Positions 29,080 to 42,403 of a stretch of DNA of 64,000 nt are shown here, in pieces; position 1 is the first letter of the stretch, and each line of letters begins with the position of its first letter. The position numbers were made by a program, and so were the translations under genes. Below the pieces are notes generated by a model that saw nothing but the letters and a program-made list of their open reading frames with translations, was not told where the DNA came from and made no database searches. The stretch covers positions 146,754,001 through 146,818,000 of the forward strand of contig NC_042999.1 in the NCBI RefSeq assembly GCF_006345805.1. Reading direction: 5' to 3'. Source of the stretch: Octopus sinensis. Lineage: Eukaryota.

Positions 29080-29300
29080 GTACAGAAGAAGGTTTATATG
29101 AAACGACTGAAAGTGAACGAATATTTCCGGATATTTGTCTATTATTCGATCTGTTATGCGAGCGACATGTAGAAAGCAATTTCCAGAATGTCTAGTTTGA
29201 CATGACAAATGCTTTCGGGTCGGTTATACATAACCAAGTACTCAATGTGCTGGGAGATAGGGCCAGAAGGTTAAGGAAGTTAACGAAAGAGGAAGATCGT
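29080..29300 (+). pseudogene. RTE-like reverse transcriptase remnant
   Basis: FDMTNAFGSV resembles RT domain 3 (FVDLTKAFDSV); short and frameshifted. Confidence 0.4.
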
Positions 29301-29755
29301 GAGTAGTAGAAGAAGAGAGAATGATTTACAAAGAGGATGAATGTTGCAAGTCAAGCAATATGAAAAAGGACGATCGAAAATAGAATCCGTATTGGGATGT
29401 GGATACACACAGACCTACACACACACACACCGACACACACACACACACCTACACCGACACATACACACACAGACAGACCGACACACACACACCGGCACCG
29501 ACACACACACACACATTTTGTTTGTGAGCACAAAAAGGCATAAAAAAAGAAAGTAACATGACTTCTTGTTGCATCACATAAAATTGTGCGCAAGCAGATT
29601 CTAGCAAATACACATCGATGACCTTACACTCTCGTTCATATGTAGAGAGATACAAAGACGTGTCAACATCCAAGCTGGAGACTTTTTTCACTTATACAAG
29701 TATCATACTAATAAGCACAAAGCATTTCATCCTTTTTATCCATCCATCCCCCCTC

Positions 29756-29842
<87 letters not shown>

Positions 29843-30446
29843 CCGAGGAAAACGTTCGTGCGGCGTGTTAAAATAATGAACTGAATGGACACACACACTA
29901 TATATATATATATATATATATATGCGTGTGTGTGTTTGACTGTGGCTCTGCAGGTGTCTGTGTGTGCATGTATATGCGGTAGATATAAACGTAGCTGTCA
30001 ATTGAATAGGAATGAAGTTGATGGAGCAATGTTGCTATAAACAGCCACAGGATAATAATATCTTGCCGAATTAGCGTTCTATTGAATACTACTTTGAATG
30101 GGAAAAGTAAAAGATATAATAAAAAGGGGGAAAATTTCCTTAATACAATAGTTAGTGTACTTTTCTCCTCTTTTGTACTATCTTTACCCACATCTACAAT
30201 ATGCATATCTCCATCTCTATTTCTCACACAAACACATGTTAATTCCCATATACACAAATACAAACATATATAGATACATACGTACATACAAGCATTCATA
30301 CATACTTACATATATGTATATTTATTTATATGAACTCACCCTCGTACATACGGATGCAAGTATACCAATATACGTTTATACATACACACACACACATATA
30401 TATATATATATAAATTCATACATACATATATATATATAAATACATG

Positions 30447-30484
<38 letters not shown>

Positions 30485-30935
30485 CGAGCCTTCCTACATA
30501 TGTACTGATACATGTAAACACACCACATACACACATTGATATCAATGGAAATCATTCGCAACGTAACCTGTCAGTATATCTTTTATCAATACAAAACCGC
30601 TATGTTAATTATAATCTGATGGTATTATCTAATGAGATATTACATTCCATAGATCTTTAGTAAGAGAAGACCAAAGAAAACCCGGTAATTATAGATGAAG
30701 AAATATATCTATTTTTCAAACGGTGTATCTGTCTCCAAATAAATCATAGCAATATGACTTTTAATGAATAGATGTCACTTTGAAGCAATTAAATCGCTGT
30801 GTAGCTGTCAACATTGACTTAGATTTCATATATGTATGTATGTATGTATGTATGCATGCATTATATATATACAGACATACACACACATATACATACATAC
30901 ATACATAATACATACGTACATACATATATACATAT

Positions 30936-30968
<33 letters not shown>

Positions 30969-31574
30969 ATTATACTATATATATATATAATATATTTACC
31001 ACGTTTCTTCAACTATATATCGTGTTTGGTAAGATAATGAGAAATCTCAGCTGCAAATTTATGGTTCTAATGATGTCCTCTTATGTCTATTGAATTCGTA
31101 TAAAATTTTACATTCTACGATGAAGTTATAATTATCCCCTCAATCACAAAGACAAAAATGTGATCTCCAGCATCGTTAAGATATTATAGGGCAAATACGG
31201 CAGCGGTTTGCCTGAAATGTTTGTGCGTTTCACCAAATAACTAAATATATAACATCAATTATGTTCCCGCATGAGATCACGCGATTTCTTTTCATAAATC
31301 GAGTTTGTATTAAATGTTTAACTCTCTTAAGATTCTGCCCTGCGAAATTCTGTTCCTGTGTCAAAGGGCATTATAAACTTTTCTACATATTTTTAGCTTT
31401 CTCTTTGCATTTACGTGATGTCACACTATGGTAAGACTCCGGCTTGAGAATTCCTTCTTTCATCCGTCCTACCAATCCCCGGGTCCTTGTGACGAGGTAT
31501 GGCCATACCCTTTCTGCCAAACAAACGAAAGCATGATGTATTGAAACATGAAATAGCATCAAATGAAAATTTTA

Positions 31575-31970
31575 TATGGTCGAGACAATGGAATTCACCA
31601 TGTTACGCTAGACTTCACGGTCCATCATAGCATTACGGAGGTCATGTTGCTGGATGTTTGTATCCCTGGAGATTACATCAGGGTAGGAGAGTATTCGCCC
31701 TCTGGTATCGAGAGTAGATGGCTTCCTGAGGAGAAGAGTAGAACTTACCTCGTTTTCAGCTCTACAACAATGTCCAGCAAACTGGACTCTTCTACCTTTC
31801 ACAAGAGATGATACATGTGGTAGTTTTCCATATATTTGTACTTTGGTTGGATGACGCTTCCACGAGAGATTTTGAGCTCTCATAAGGAGGCGAGTGTAAG
31901 TTCCATCCAACCGCCTCTCAAGCTTCTTTGATAACGTCCAGGTTTCTGAGCCATATAGTAGAATTGGTTT
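31575..31970 (-). pseudogene. RTE-clade LINE ORF2 C-terminal fragment
   Basis: PILLYGSETWTLSKKLERRLDGTYTRLLMRAQNLSWKRHPTK...RRVQFAGHCCR...AMMDREVW are typical RTE C-terminal motifs. Confidence 0.85.
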
Positions 31971-33948
31971 ATATAAGTGGAGAGATAATTATTACATTCT
32001 TATTTATTTCTTGAATGCGTGTCAAGTTAATACTTTGCTGCAAGCTTACAGCTGTGTTTTAAACCATCACTCTCATATCGTTCCAGATCAGAACCACGAT
32101 CTAACATGCTAGTATGTATAACATTGCATTGTCATAATAGGTATTAATATCCATGGGAAAATTGCTCAACCGTTCGACGTTAGCTATCTTGTCATGGATT
32201 ACTGAGTACTTTAAATTTTGAGTTTTCCCGAAGTTTCTAGAAAAATTTGCTTTGCAGTTATAAGATGTTAACAAATTCAATCTCTCACTAGAGATCCCTC
32301 CCGCAGTTCCGTTGGAACTACATAACTTTGTACAGTGAGTCACTCGGCCTCTATTGCATATTGTTCTTTATATGCTTGTGTTTTGTACGACAAAAAGTAT
32401 CGTTTTAAAGTTGTAATGTTGAATTACGTACATACTCTTATTTGCACTAGTCCTAACTGTAATTCTTTCGTCCTCAATAACTATGAGGCATTTTCATAAT
32501 ATTTTCTATTCCGTTAGTTATCTTTTGAATATTGTTACAGTTAATCAAATATCTGTACACATTTAGGTATAAACGATATGGGTTAATAAGGAGATATGTT
32601 AACGAAAATAGGTATACGTGTTCTTATTCTTTTCTTGTCTTTGCATTTAGCGTATTTAATATTGTGAATTACTTACGGAAAATTAAAGGCTAAAACTCAT
32701 ATTAAAACTTGAAGTTAGTTGTTTCTTGACGTTTGAGATCATGCAACATAAAGGAACATAACGGAGAAAAAGAATAACCAAATACGGTTCCTTTTCTTTC
32801 TTCAAGTGAGATGCAGTAGGAATCGTCGTAGATAAGCGCCTAAATTTTTAATGAAACAATAAGTGATTTTGAAACTCTGTTACCTAATAACCTATTGCAG
32901 ATATAAAGTAAATAAAAATCCCGCTTTGCACAAAATTAGAATCGTCTGTTCATAGACAAGAGGGCATTTAGCCTATAACATTGTCCCATGAATTAAATGA
33001 TATGGACGAGAGATGCAGTAAAAGCTTGGGAAAAGCCTAGGCACGAGGGAACATTCATAGTTCCTTATAAGGAACAAAAACTCAGTAATGAACGAGAAGG
33101 TATAATGAGAAAATATTCGAGTAACAAGAAAGTTTTTTTCGAATGACATTCACACATCTACCACTAAAAACATTATAAATATGATTATATAATATGTGTG
33201 AAGGATGTTTTGAAATTCTGTTAATCCTTTTATTCAAAGATTCGAGAAAAGCAGGATCCATCGTTAGCAATTCTCCAATATTTGATTTAACCACGTGAAT
33301 ATACAACAAATATTGACGTGGCATGATATTGTCTAGCGTTCATGTTTTGGTAACTTCAATCTTCAAAAGTCATACTTAAATAACTATATGTATGTTCGTA
33401 CTCACATATACAAACAGAAGCAATACACACAGCCTTGTATTACATAAAATGTAAAGAATATGATCATTATACTCACACACACAAACACAACACATATACA
33501 TCTCTCTCTATATATATGCACCTATGAGTTTATTCACATACGCACACTTATATACACTACTTATAGCAGGAAGTAGTATGATGTAAAAATTCACCTTACA
33601 TACATATATGTAGAAACACACACACACAAACATACACACACATACACACGCACACACACACACACACACACTCACATACACACAAAAATGGTTTTTATTT
33701 AAGTACATACAAGCTTATAGAAAGGTATTCATGAACATTTGTATAAAAGAAAATCATGCGTGTCGATACAATATGAGCTAGTTTTCTTATGTAAATTTTT
33801 GCAAACGATATTTCAGAATTGGAAATACTTTAGTAAGTTAAGAAAATCAAACTGGGAATCTCATTGATTTTTTGACATTATTAGTGACATATATTCATTG
33901 ACAAACTGTCATCATAATAACTTCTCTTCATACTTCTGTTATGTTTAA

Positions 33949-33993
<45 letters not shown>

Positions 33994-34103
33994 TATGCAT
34001 ACATGTACATATATGTATATATATATAAATACATATATATAAACATATATGTATATACATATGCATATACATATATTTACATATGCACATATATTTATGT
34101 AAA

Positions 34104-34138
<35 letters not shown>

Positions 34139-34713
34139 TATTATTACACATATATATATATGTATGTATGTATGCATATATATGTATGTACATATATATA
34201 TCTATGCATGTATGTGCGTATGTATGTATGTATGTATGTATGTATGTATGTATGTATGTATGTATGTATGTATGTATGCATGTATGTATGTATGTATGTA
34301 TGTATGTATGTATGTATGTATGTATGTATGTGTGCATCGATGGATGGATGTATTTATCAGGTCTCGATATTTGTGCTTCTCTATTACATAAATATATTCT
34401 TTCTTATATTTCCGACTTTTTGCCTCGGATTCTTTGATATTCTCTGTGTACTTGAATAACTGTGAATTCTTTTTGTAAAATTCCATAGCATTCTCCTTTT
34501 TTTTAAAAAAAAAAAATCAACTATGTTATTTTCGTTATGCTATCTATTGTTTTCTTTATTTTATATTTTGTATAGTTTTTCAGTTCTACTAAAGGCCGTT
34601 GCTTAATGTAGTTACCCACATTGAACTTCTAGTTTGATTATCATTTCTTGTATATGAGATACTATTACATATTACAAGCATCGTGATGTAAATACATACA
34701 TACATACACATAT

Positions 34714-34748
<35 letters not shown>

Positions 34749-34749
34749 C

Positions 34750-34806
<57 letters not shown>

Positions 34807-36283
34807 TATTATATATATATATAATGAAAACACTATTCACCGGCTTCGGGTTTCCGTGATCATGACAACTTCGATCCATAACAATAAAGTTTATAAAATG
34901 TGAAAATGAGGTTATTTAGAGAGGTTTTTAGGCTAGCACTGACAGCATGTGCGATAGCAGTCATAATTCAGTAGCAGTCCAAAGTGTGTTAGGTAGGTCA
35001 GGTCCAACAAAATCAGGTTCTATATATGCCTATTTCACCGTGGAAGTACTAGTGGAGGATTCCACCAATTTTCAACCGAGTTATACTTAGAAAGGTATTC
35101 CTTTATACAAATGAAGGCTTAGGAGAAACTCAGTTCAACAACATATATATTGTTGTATGTCACATTGGTCTCACAGATTAACTCCACTCATTTCTTGATG
35201 GTAAAATCTATATGGATAAATTGGCACGATGATGCTTCATCCATTCCACATATGAGATGCTTAGTCAGATGGAATGTATGGTTGTATTCTTGAGATGCTA
35301 ACACATGCAATCACTTATATTTCAATGGAGGCCCATAAAATTTATGACAGAAAATATAGTCTATGATTGCTAGCATTGTTAGCACCTCAGGCAGGGCAGA
35401 GAGGTGTCCCAATTATATGGTCATGGGTATTTTCGTCTTTCATGGCCATAAAATGGAGCGATTTCATTGGTGATTGCTTCAAAATTGATAGCTGTGTGCC
35501 TGCCAGTCTGTATGATGTTACACCACATTATGAGTACAAACGATTTATTCAATAAATTTGCCCATTGTTCTCTGTATGTATCACGATAGCGCAACTGTTT
35601 ACATTGGGCATTATTCTCTACATATTTACCCAAACCTTGTTCGCTTGCTTCTTGGTTTCTTCTGTTTAGCCTGATCTCTCATCTTCCCAAACACATTAGT
35701 GTTCCACATTTAAATGCCTTCACCTCTTAGATTCAATTGGACAAAACGGGAAATTCTACATGCATTGTAAATGTTTTCAGGTGCGAACACATTTGAGCTA
35801 TATCTCGTACTATACTCGTAACTGCAAAGTTTATAACTTCACGGATCGATTCGATCATTTATTTCGGAAGCACTCCTATTCCATCAACAAAATCAGATTT
35901 TCCCTATGATAATTATTATATTTAATATGCTTTCAAATTTAGCAACTGATTTGGACCCTATTTTATAATTAGCTTTCAACTTTCTCTTAAAAGACTAAAA
36001 TTATGAATTCCCGATTGCGTTTAAATCTGGCGAATTACTCAGAAAATGCATCATTACTGTTCTATTTACTTTCGTTTTCTTTTTCCGGTTTGTTTATAAT
36101 TTAGGGTGTTGCTAATGGATAAAAAGTTATGAAAATGCATACTTTCACACACATGCACACACACATACGCACACACGCGCGCGCGCACACACACACACCA
36201 CACACACACATATATATAATATATATATATAATATATATATATATATATAATCACAATCTTCATATGCATCTTTATATATATA

Positions 36284-36334
<51 letters not shown>

Positions 36335-37678
36335 TTATGTATATATCATGCATACTCCTAAACACATACAATGTACATATGCAGTCACACACACACACAC
36401 GCACACACACATACACGCATATATATACATAGAGAAATTATGGAAAATATTCCTTGCACAAACCTTGCCCTGTCAACCATTTCAAAATATGAATGTCAGT
36501 AGGTATATTTTGAAATGTTTAACTGAAGGGAATTATAATGTAAGAACTATCTTAGGTAACTACACGTAACATGTGTTCTAAATGCATTCAGAATATCCTG
36601 ATATCAACATTTCTTTTTATCTCTATTCTAGTTTCAGATGACTGATTCTATACCTATCTACTGTGTCTCAATTTTAGCAGAATGGGAATATGAGAGTGGA
36701 ATGTTTCAACCGAACCACAGTTGATAAATTCTTGTATGCAGTGTTTTAAATATGATATACGTACGGATTATTGAAATTTGTATAGTAAAATTCCAACCAC
36801 AAAAAAGCTGAAACCACAATATTCGAACCCTTTGCAATCATTTACGATAATGTAAAATTGAGCTGCGACCATTCAATAATGCTATCATTTGTAAGCTGCC
36901 TGGGCTTTGTTCTCTCATTTAATTTAACTCAAACACACACACGCGCTCGCACACACACGCACACACACATATATGTAAGTATGTATAAATATAGTTTATA
37001 CATATATATTGAATCACACACACATATATGTGTGTCTGTGTTCCTATACTTTTGTATGTGAATATATATACACGTTCTTTATCTGTATACATGTATTTCA
37101 CACACACACACATATGAATATGTGTGTGTATGTCTATATATGTGTGTGTGTGTATACGCTTATGTCTGAATAAATGTGATATACATATATATGTATGCGT
37201 ATATGCTTAATATGTTCGCGCGCGCACGCACCACACACACACAAATATCTATGTATGTATGGATGTGTGCATGTATGTATGTATTCATGTGCACGCATCT
37301 GAGTTAGCATGTAAATGAAGCTTGGGATAATTAAAATTTTAATTACCTAAACTAAATCTACTCGATTTACCGATATGGAAAATTGAGTAGAAATTCTAAG
37401 ATTGTATCGACAATGTTTCGAGAAAGTAATTTAATAGGGAAGTTTTTCTCAGAGAATATCTCGGGATCTTAAGTAATTTTTTCAAGTAGGATTCATTATG
37501 GTGTTGTGGGAAAAATTGCGACTGATGCTGGTATATCTCACAAGTAACTTGAAAGCATTAAAAACACATAGTTCATGCCAGTAAGCCAATAGATAAACAT
37601 CATTACGCTGGTAATAAGTAACACTGGATATTATATATATATATATTATATATATATATTATATATATAATATTTATA

Positions 37679-37717
<39 letters not shown>

Positions 37718-37723
<6 letters not shown>

Positions 37724-40472
37724 ACGATTTAGAGTGACCCCAACAGGTCACTCGTCCACCAGAAAGAGCAGCCATAACTCACACCGCCAAGTATTATTAA
37801 TTCAGAAATTAGGTGAAAATTAAAAACATTTACCCTAATTCATCCTTTAGACGTAGCAACGTTTCTGTGTCATTATGATTAAATTAGCTTAATTAAATTA
37901 AATTAAGCCAATCTACCATAGGTTACACTTCATCAGTAAAGACCTGGGAGAGACAAATATACACGAGGCGTCTGTATCGAAGCCTACGGGATATCTGACT
38001 TAAAATTTTCAAGACTGACGTATTCGCGCCAAACTTATCAACAGTAAATATATACTGCCGATTCAATCTCAGAATTATTCAGAAAATTATCAATTTCAAT
38101 TTAGGGTAGCAAAAAATTCAATAGAAATTTATCGCAACCAGCGGCCTGGTGGAAAAAGAGAAAATAGTCATCGACTAAATATATAAATATAACGATTTAG
38201 GAGTGACCCCAACAGGTCACTCGTCCACCAGAAAGAGCAGCCATAACTCACACACGCCAAGTTTATTAATTCAGAAATTAGGTGAAAATTTAAAAACATT
38301 TACCCTAATTCATCCTTTAGACGTAGCAACGTTTCTGTGTCATTAATGATTAAATTAGCTTAATTAAATTAAATTAAGCCAATCTACCATAGGTTACACT
38401 TCATCAGTAAAGACCTGGGAGAGACAATATACACGAGGCGTCTGTATCGAAGCCTACGGATATCTGACTTAAAATTTTCAAGACTGACGTATTCGCGCCA
38501 AACTTATCAACAGTAAATATATACTGCCGATTCAATCTCAGAATTATTCAGAAAATTATCAATTAGTCATTTAGGGTAGCAAAAAATTCAATAGAAATTT
38601 ATCGCAACCAGCGGCCTGGTGAAAAAGAGAAAATAGTCATCGACTAAATATATAAATATAACGATTTAGGAGTGACCCCAACAGGTCACTCGTCCACCAG
38701 AAAGAGCAGCCATAACTCACACCGCCAAGTATTATTATTCAGAAATTAGGTGAAAATTTAAAAACATTTACCCTAATTCATCCTTTAGACGTAGCAACGT
38801 CTGTGTCATTAATGATTAAATTAGCTTAATTAAATTAAATTAAGCCATCTACCATAGGTTACACTTCATCAGTAAAGACCTGGGAGAGACAAATATACAC
38901 GAGGCGTCTGTATCGAGCCTACGGGATATCTGACTTAAAATTTTCAAGACTGACGTATTCGCGCCAAACTTATCAACAGTAAATATATACTGCCGATTCA
39001 ATCTCAGAATTATTCAAAATTATCAATTAGTCAATTTAGGGTAGCAAAAAATTCAATAGAAATTTATCGCACCAGCGGCCTGGTGAAAAAAGAAAATAGT
39101 CATCGACTAAATATATAAATATAACGATTTAGGAGTGACCCCAACAGGTCACTCGTTCCACCAGAAAGAGCAGCCATAACTCAACCGCCAAGTATTATTA
39201 ATTCAGAAATTAGGTGAAAATTTAAAAACATTAACCTAATTCATCCTTTAGACGTAGCAACGTTTCTGTGTCATTAATGATTAAATTAGCTTAATTAAAT
39301 AAATTAAGCCAATCTACCATAGGTCACTTCATCAGTAAGACCTGGGAGAGACAAATATACACGAGGCGTCTGTATCGAAGCCTACGGGATATCTGACTTA
39401 AAATTTTCAAGACTGACGTATTCGCGCCAAACTTATCAACAGTAAATATAACTGCCGATTCAATCTCAGAATTATTCAGAAAATTATCAATTAGTCAATT
39501 TAGGGTAGCAAAAAATTCAATAGAATTTATCGCAACCAGCGGCCTGGTGAAAAAGAGAAAATAGTCATCGACTAAATATATAAATATAACGATTTAGGAG
39601 TGACCCCAACAGGTCACTCGTCCACCAGAGAGGCAGCCATAACTCACACCGCCAAGTATTATAATTCAGAAATTAGGTGAAAATTTAAAAACATTTACCC
39701 TATTCATCCTTTAGACGTAGCAACGTTTCTGTGTCATAATGATTAAATTAGCTTAATTAAATTAAATTAAGCCAATCTACCATAGGTTACACTTCATCAG
39801 TAAAGACCTGGGAGAGACAAATATACACGAGGCGTCTGTATCGAAGCCTACGGGATATCTGACTTAAAATTTTCAAGACTGACGTATTCGCGCCAAACTT
39901 ATCAACAGTAAATATATACTGCCGATTCAATCTCAGAATTATTCAGAAAATTATCAATTAGTCAATTTAGGGTAGCAAAAAATTCAATAGAAATTTATCG
40001 CAACCAGCGGCCTGGTGAAAAAGAGAAAATAGTCATCGACTAAATATATAAATATAACGATTTAGGAGTGACCCCAACAGGTCACTCGTCCACCAGAAAG
40101 AGCAGCCATAACTCACACCGCCAAGTATTATTAATTCAGAAATTAGGTGAAAATTTAAAAACATTTACCCTAATTCATCCTTTAGACGTAGCAACGTTTC
40201 TGTGTCATTAATGATTAAATTAGCTTAATTAAATTAAATTAAGCCAATCTACCATAGGTTACACTTCATCAGTAAAGACCTGGGAGAGACAAATATACAC
40301 GAGGCGTCTGTATCGAAGCCTACGGGATATCTGACTTAAAATTTTCAAGACTGACGTATTCGCGCCAAACTTATCAACAGTAAATATATACTGCCGATTC
40401 AATCTCAGAATTATTCAGAAAATTATCAATTAGTCAATTTAGGGTAGCAAAAAATTCAATAGAAATTATCGC
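37718..40472 (-). repeat. left arm of hammerhead-containing tandem array: ~5.9 copies of a ~469-bp monomer (ribozyme sense = minus)
   Basis: Unit marker ATAACGATTT starts at 37721, 38189, 38658, 39121, 39586 and 40054 (periods 463-469); the units are near-identical. Confidence 0.97.
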
Positions 40473-40489
40473 GATAAATTCTATTGAAT

Positions 40490-42403
40490 GGTTGCGATAA
40501 ATTCTATTGATTTTTTGCTACCCTAAATTGACTAATTGATAATTTTCTGAATAATTCTGAGATTGAATCGGCAGTATATATTTACTGTTGATAATTTGGC
40601 GCGAATACGTCAGTCTTGAAAATTTTAAGTCAGATATCCCGTAGGCTTCGATACAGACGCCTCGTGTATATTTGTCTCTCCCAGGTCTTTACTGATGAAG
40701 TGTAACCTATGGTAGATTGGCTTAATTTATTTAATTAAGCTAATTTAATCATTAATGACACAGAAACGTTGCTACGTCTAAAGGATGAATTAGGGTAAAT
40801 GTTTTTAATTTTCACCTAATTTTGAATTAATAATACTTGGCGGTGTGAGTTATGGCTGCTCTTTCTGGTGGACGAGTGACCTGTTGGGGTCACTCCTAAA
40901 TCGTTATATTTATATATTTAGTCGATGACTATTTTCTCTTTTTCACCAGGCCGCTGGTTGCGATAAATTTCTATTGAATTTTTGCTACCCTAAATTGACT
41001 AATTGATAATTTTCTGAATAATTCTGAGATTGAATCGGCAGTATATTTACTGTTGATAAGTTTGGCGCGAATACGTCAGTCTTGAAAATTTTAAGTCAGA
41101 TATCCCGTAGGCTTCGATACAGACGCCTCGTGTATATTTGTCTCTCCCAGGTCTTTACTGATGAAGTGTAACCTATGGTAGATTGGCTTAATTTAATTTA
41201 ATTAAGCTAATTTAATCATTAATGACACAGAAACGTTGCTACGTCTAAGGATGAATTAGGGTAAATGTTTTTAAATTTTCACCTAATTTCTGAATTAATA
41301 ATACTTGGCGGTGTGAGTATGGCTGCTCTTTCTGGTGGACGAGTGACCTGTTGGGGTCACTCCTAAATCGTTATATTTATAATTTAGTCGATGACTATTT
41401 TCTCTTTTTCACCAGGCCGCTGGTTGCGATAAATTTCTATTGAATTTTTTGCTACCCTAAATTGACTAATTGATAATTTTCTGAATAATTCTGAGATTGA
41501 ATCGGCAGTATATATTTACTGTTGATAAGTTTGGCGCGAATACGTCAGTCTTGAAAATTTTAAGTCAGATATCCCGTAGGCTTCGATACAGACGCCTCGT
41601 GTATATTTGTCTCTCCCAGGTCTTTACTGATGAAGTGTAACCTATGGTAGATTGGCTTAATTTAATTTAATTAAGCTAATTTAATCATTAATGACACAGA
41701 AACGTTGCTACGTCTAAAGGATGAATTAGGGTAAATGTTTTTAAATTTTCACCTAATTTCTGAATTAATAATACTTGGCGGTGTGAGTTATGGCTGCTCT
41801 TTCTGGTGGACGAGTGACCTGTTGGGGTCACTCTAAATCGTTATATTATATATTTAGTCGATGACTATTTTCTCTTTTCACCAGGCCGCTGGTTGCGATA
41901 AATTTCTATTGAATTTTTTGCTACCCTAAATTGACTAATTGATAATTTTCTGAATAATTCTGAGATTGAATCGGCAGTATATATTTACTGTTGATAAGTT
42001 TGGCGCGAATACGTCAGTCTTGAAAATTTTAAGTCAGATATCCCGTAGGCTTCGATACAGACGCCTCGTGTATATTTGTCTCTCCCAGGTCTTTACTGAT
42101 GAAGTGTAACCTATGGTAGATTGGCTTAATTTAATTAATTAAGCTAATTTATCATTAATGACACAGAAACGTTGCTACGTCTAAAGGATGAATTAGGGTA
42201 AATGTTTTTAAATTTTCACCTAATTTCTGAATTAATATACTTGGCGGTGTGAGTTATGGCTGCTCTTTCTGGTGGACGAGTGACCTGTTGGGGTCACTCC
42301 TAAATCGTTATATTTATATATTTAGTCGATGACTATTTTCTCTTTTTCACCAGGCCGCTGGTTGCGATAAATTTCTATTGAATTTTTTGCTACCCTAAAT
42401 TGA

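Noticed and set aside
38560-38580. TTAGGG hexamers in the monomer as telomeric sequence
   Set aside because: Only isolated single hexamers occur (one per strand per unit), never tandem.
37718-40472. A second, opposite-polarity ribozyme in the monomer (viroid-like ambisense circle)
   Set aside because: The other strand has CUGAC twice but no CUGANGA with a matching GAAA/stem III. I could not rule out other ribozyme classes by eye.
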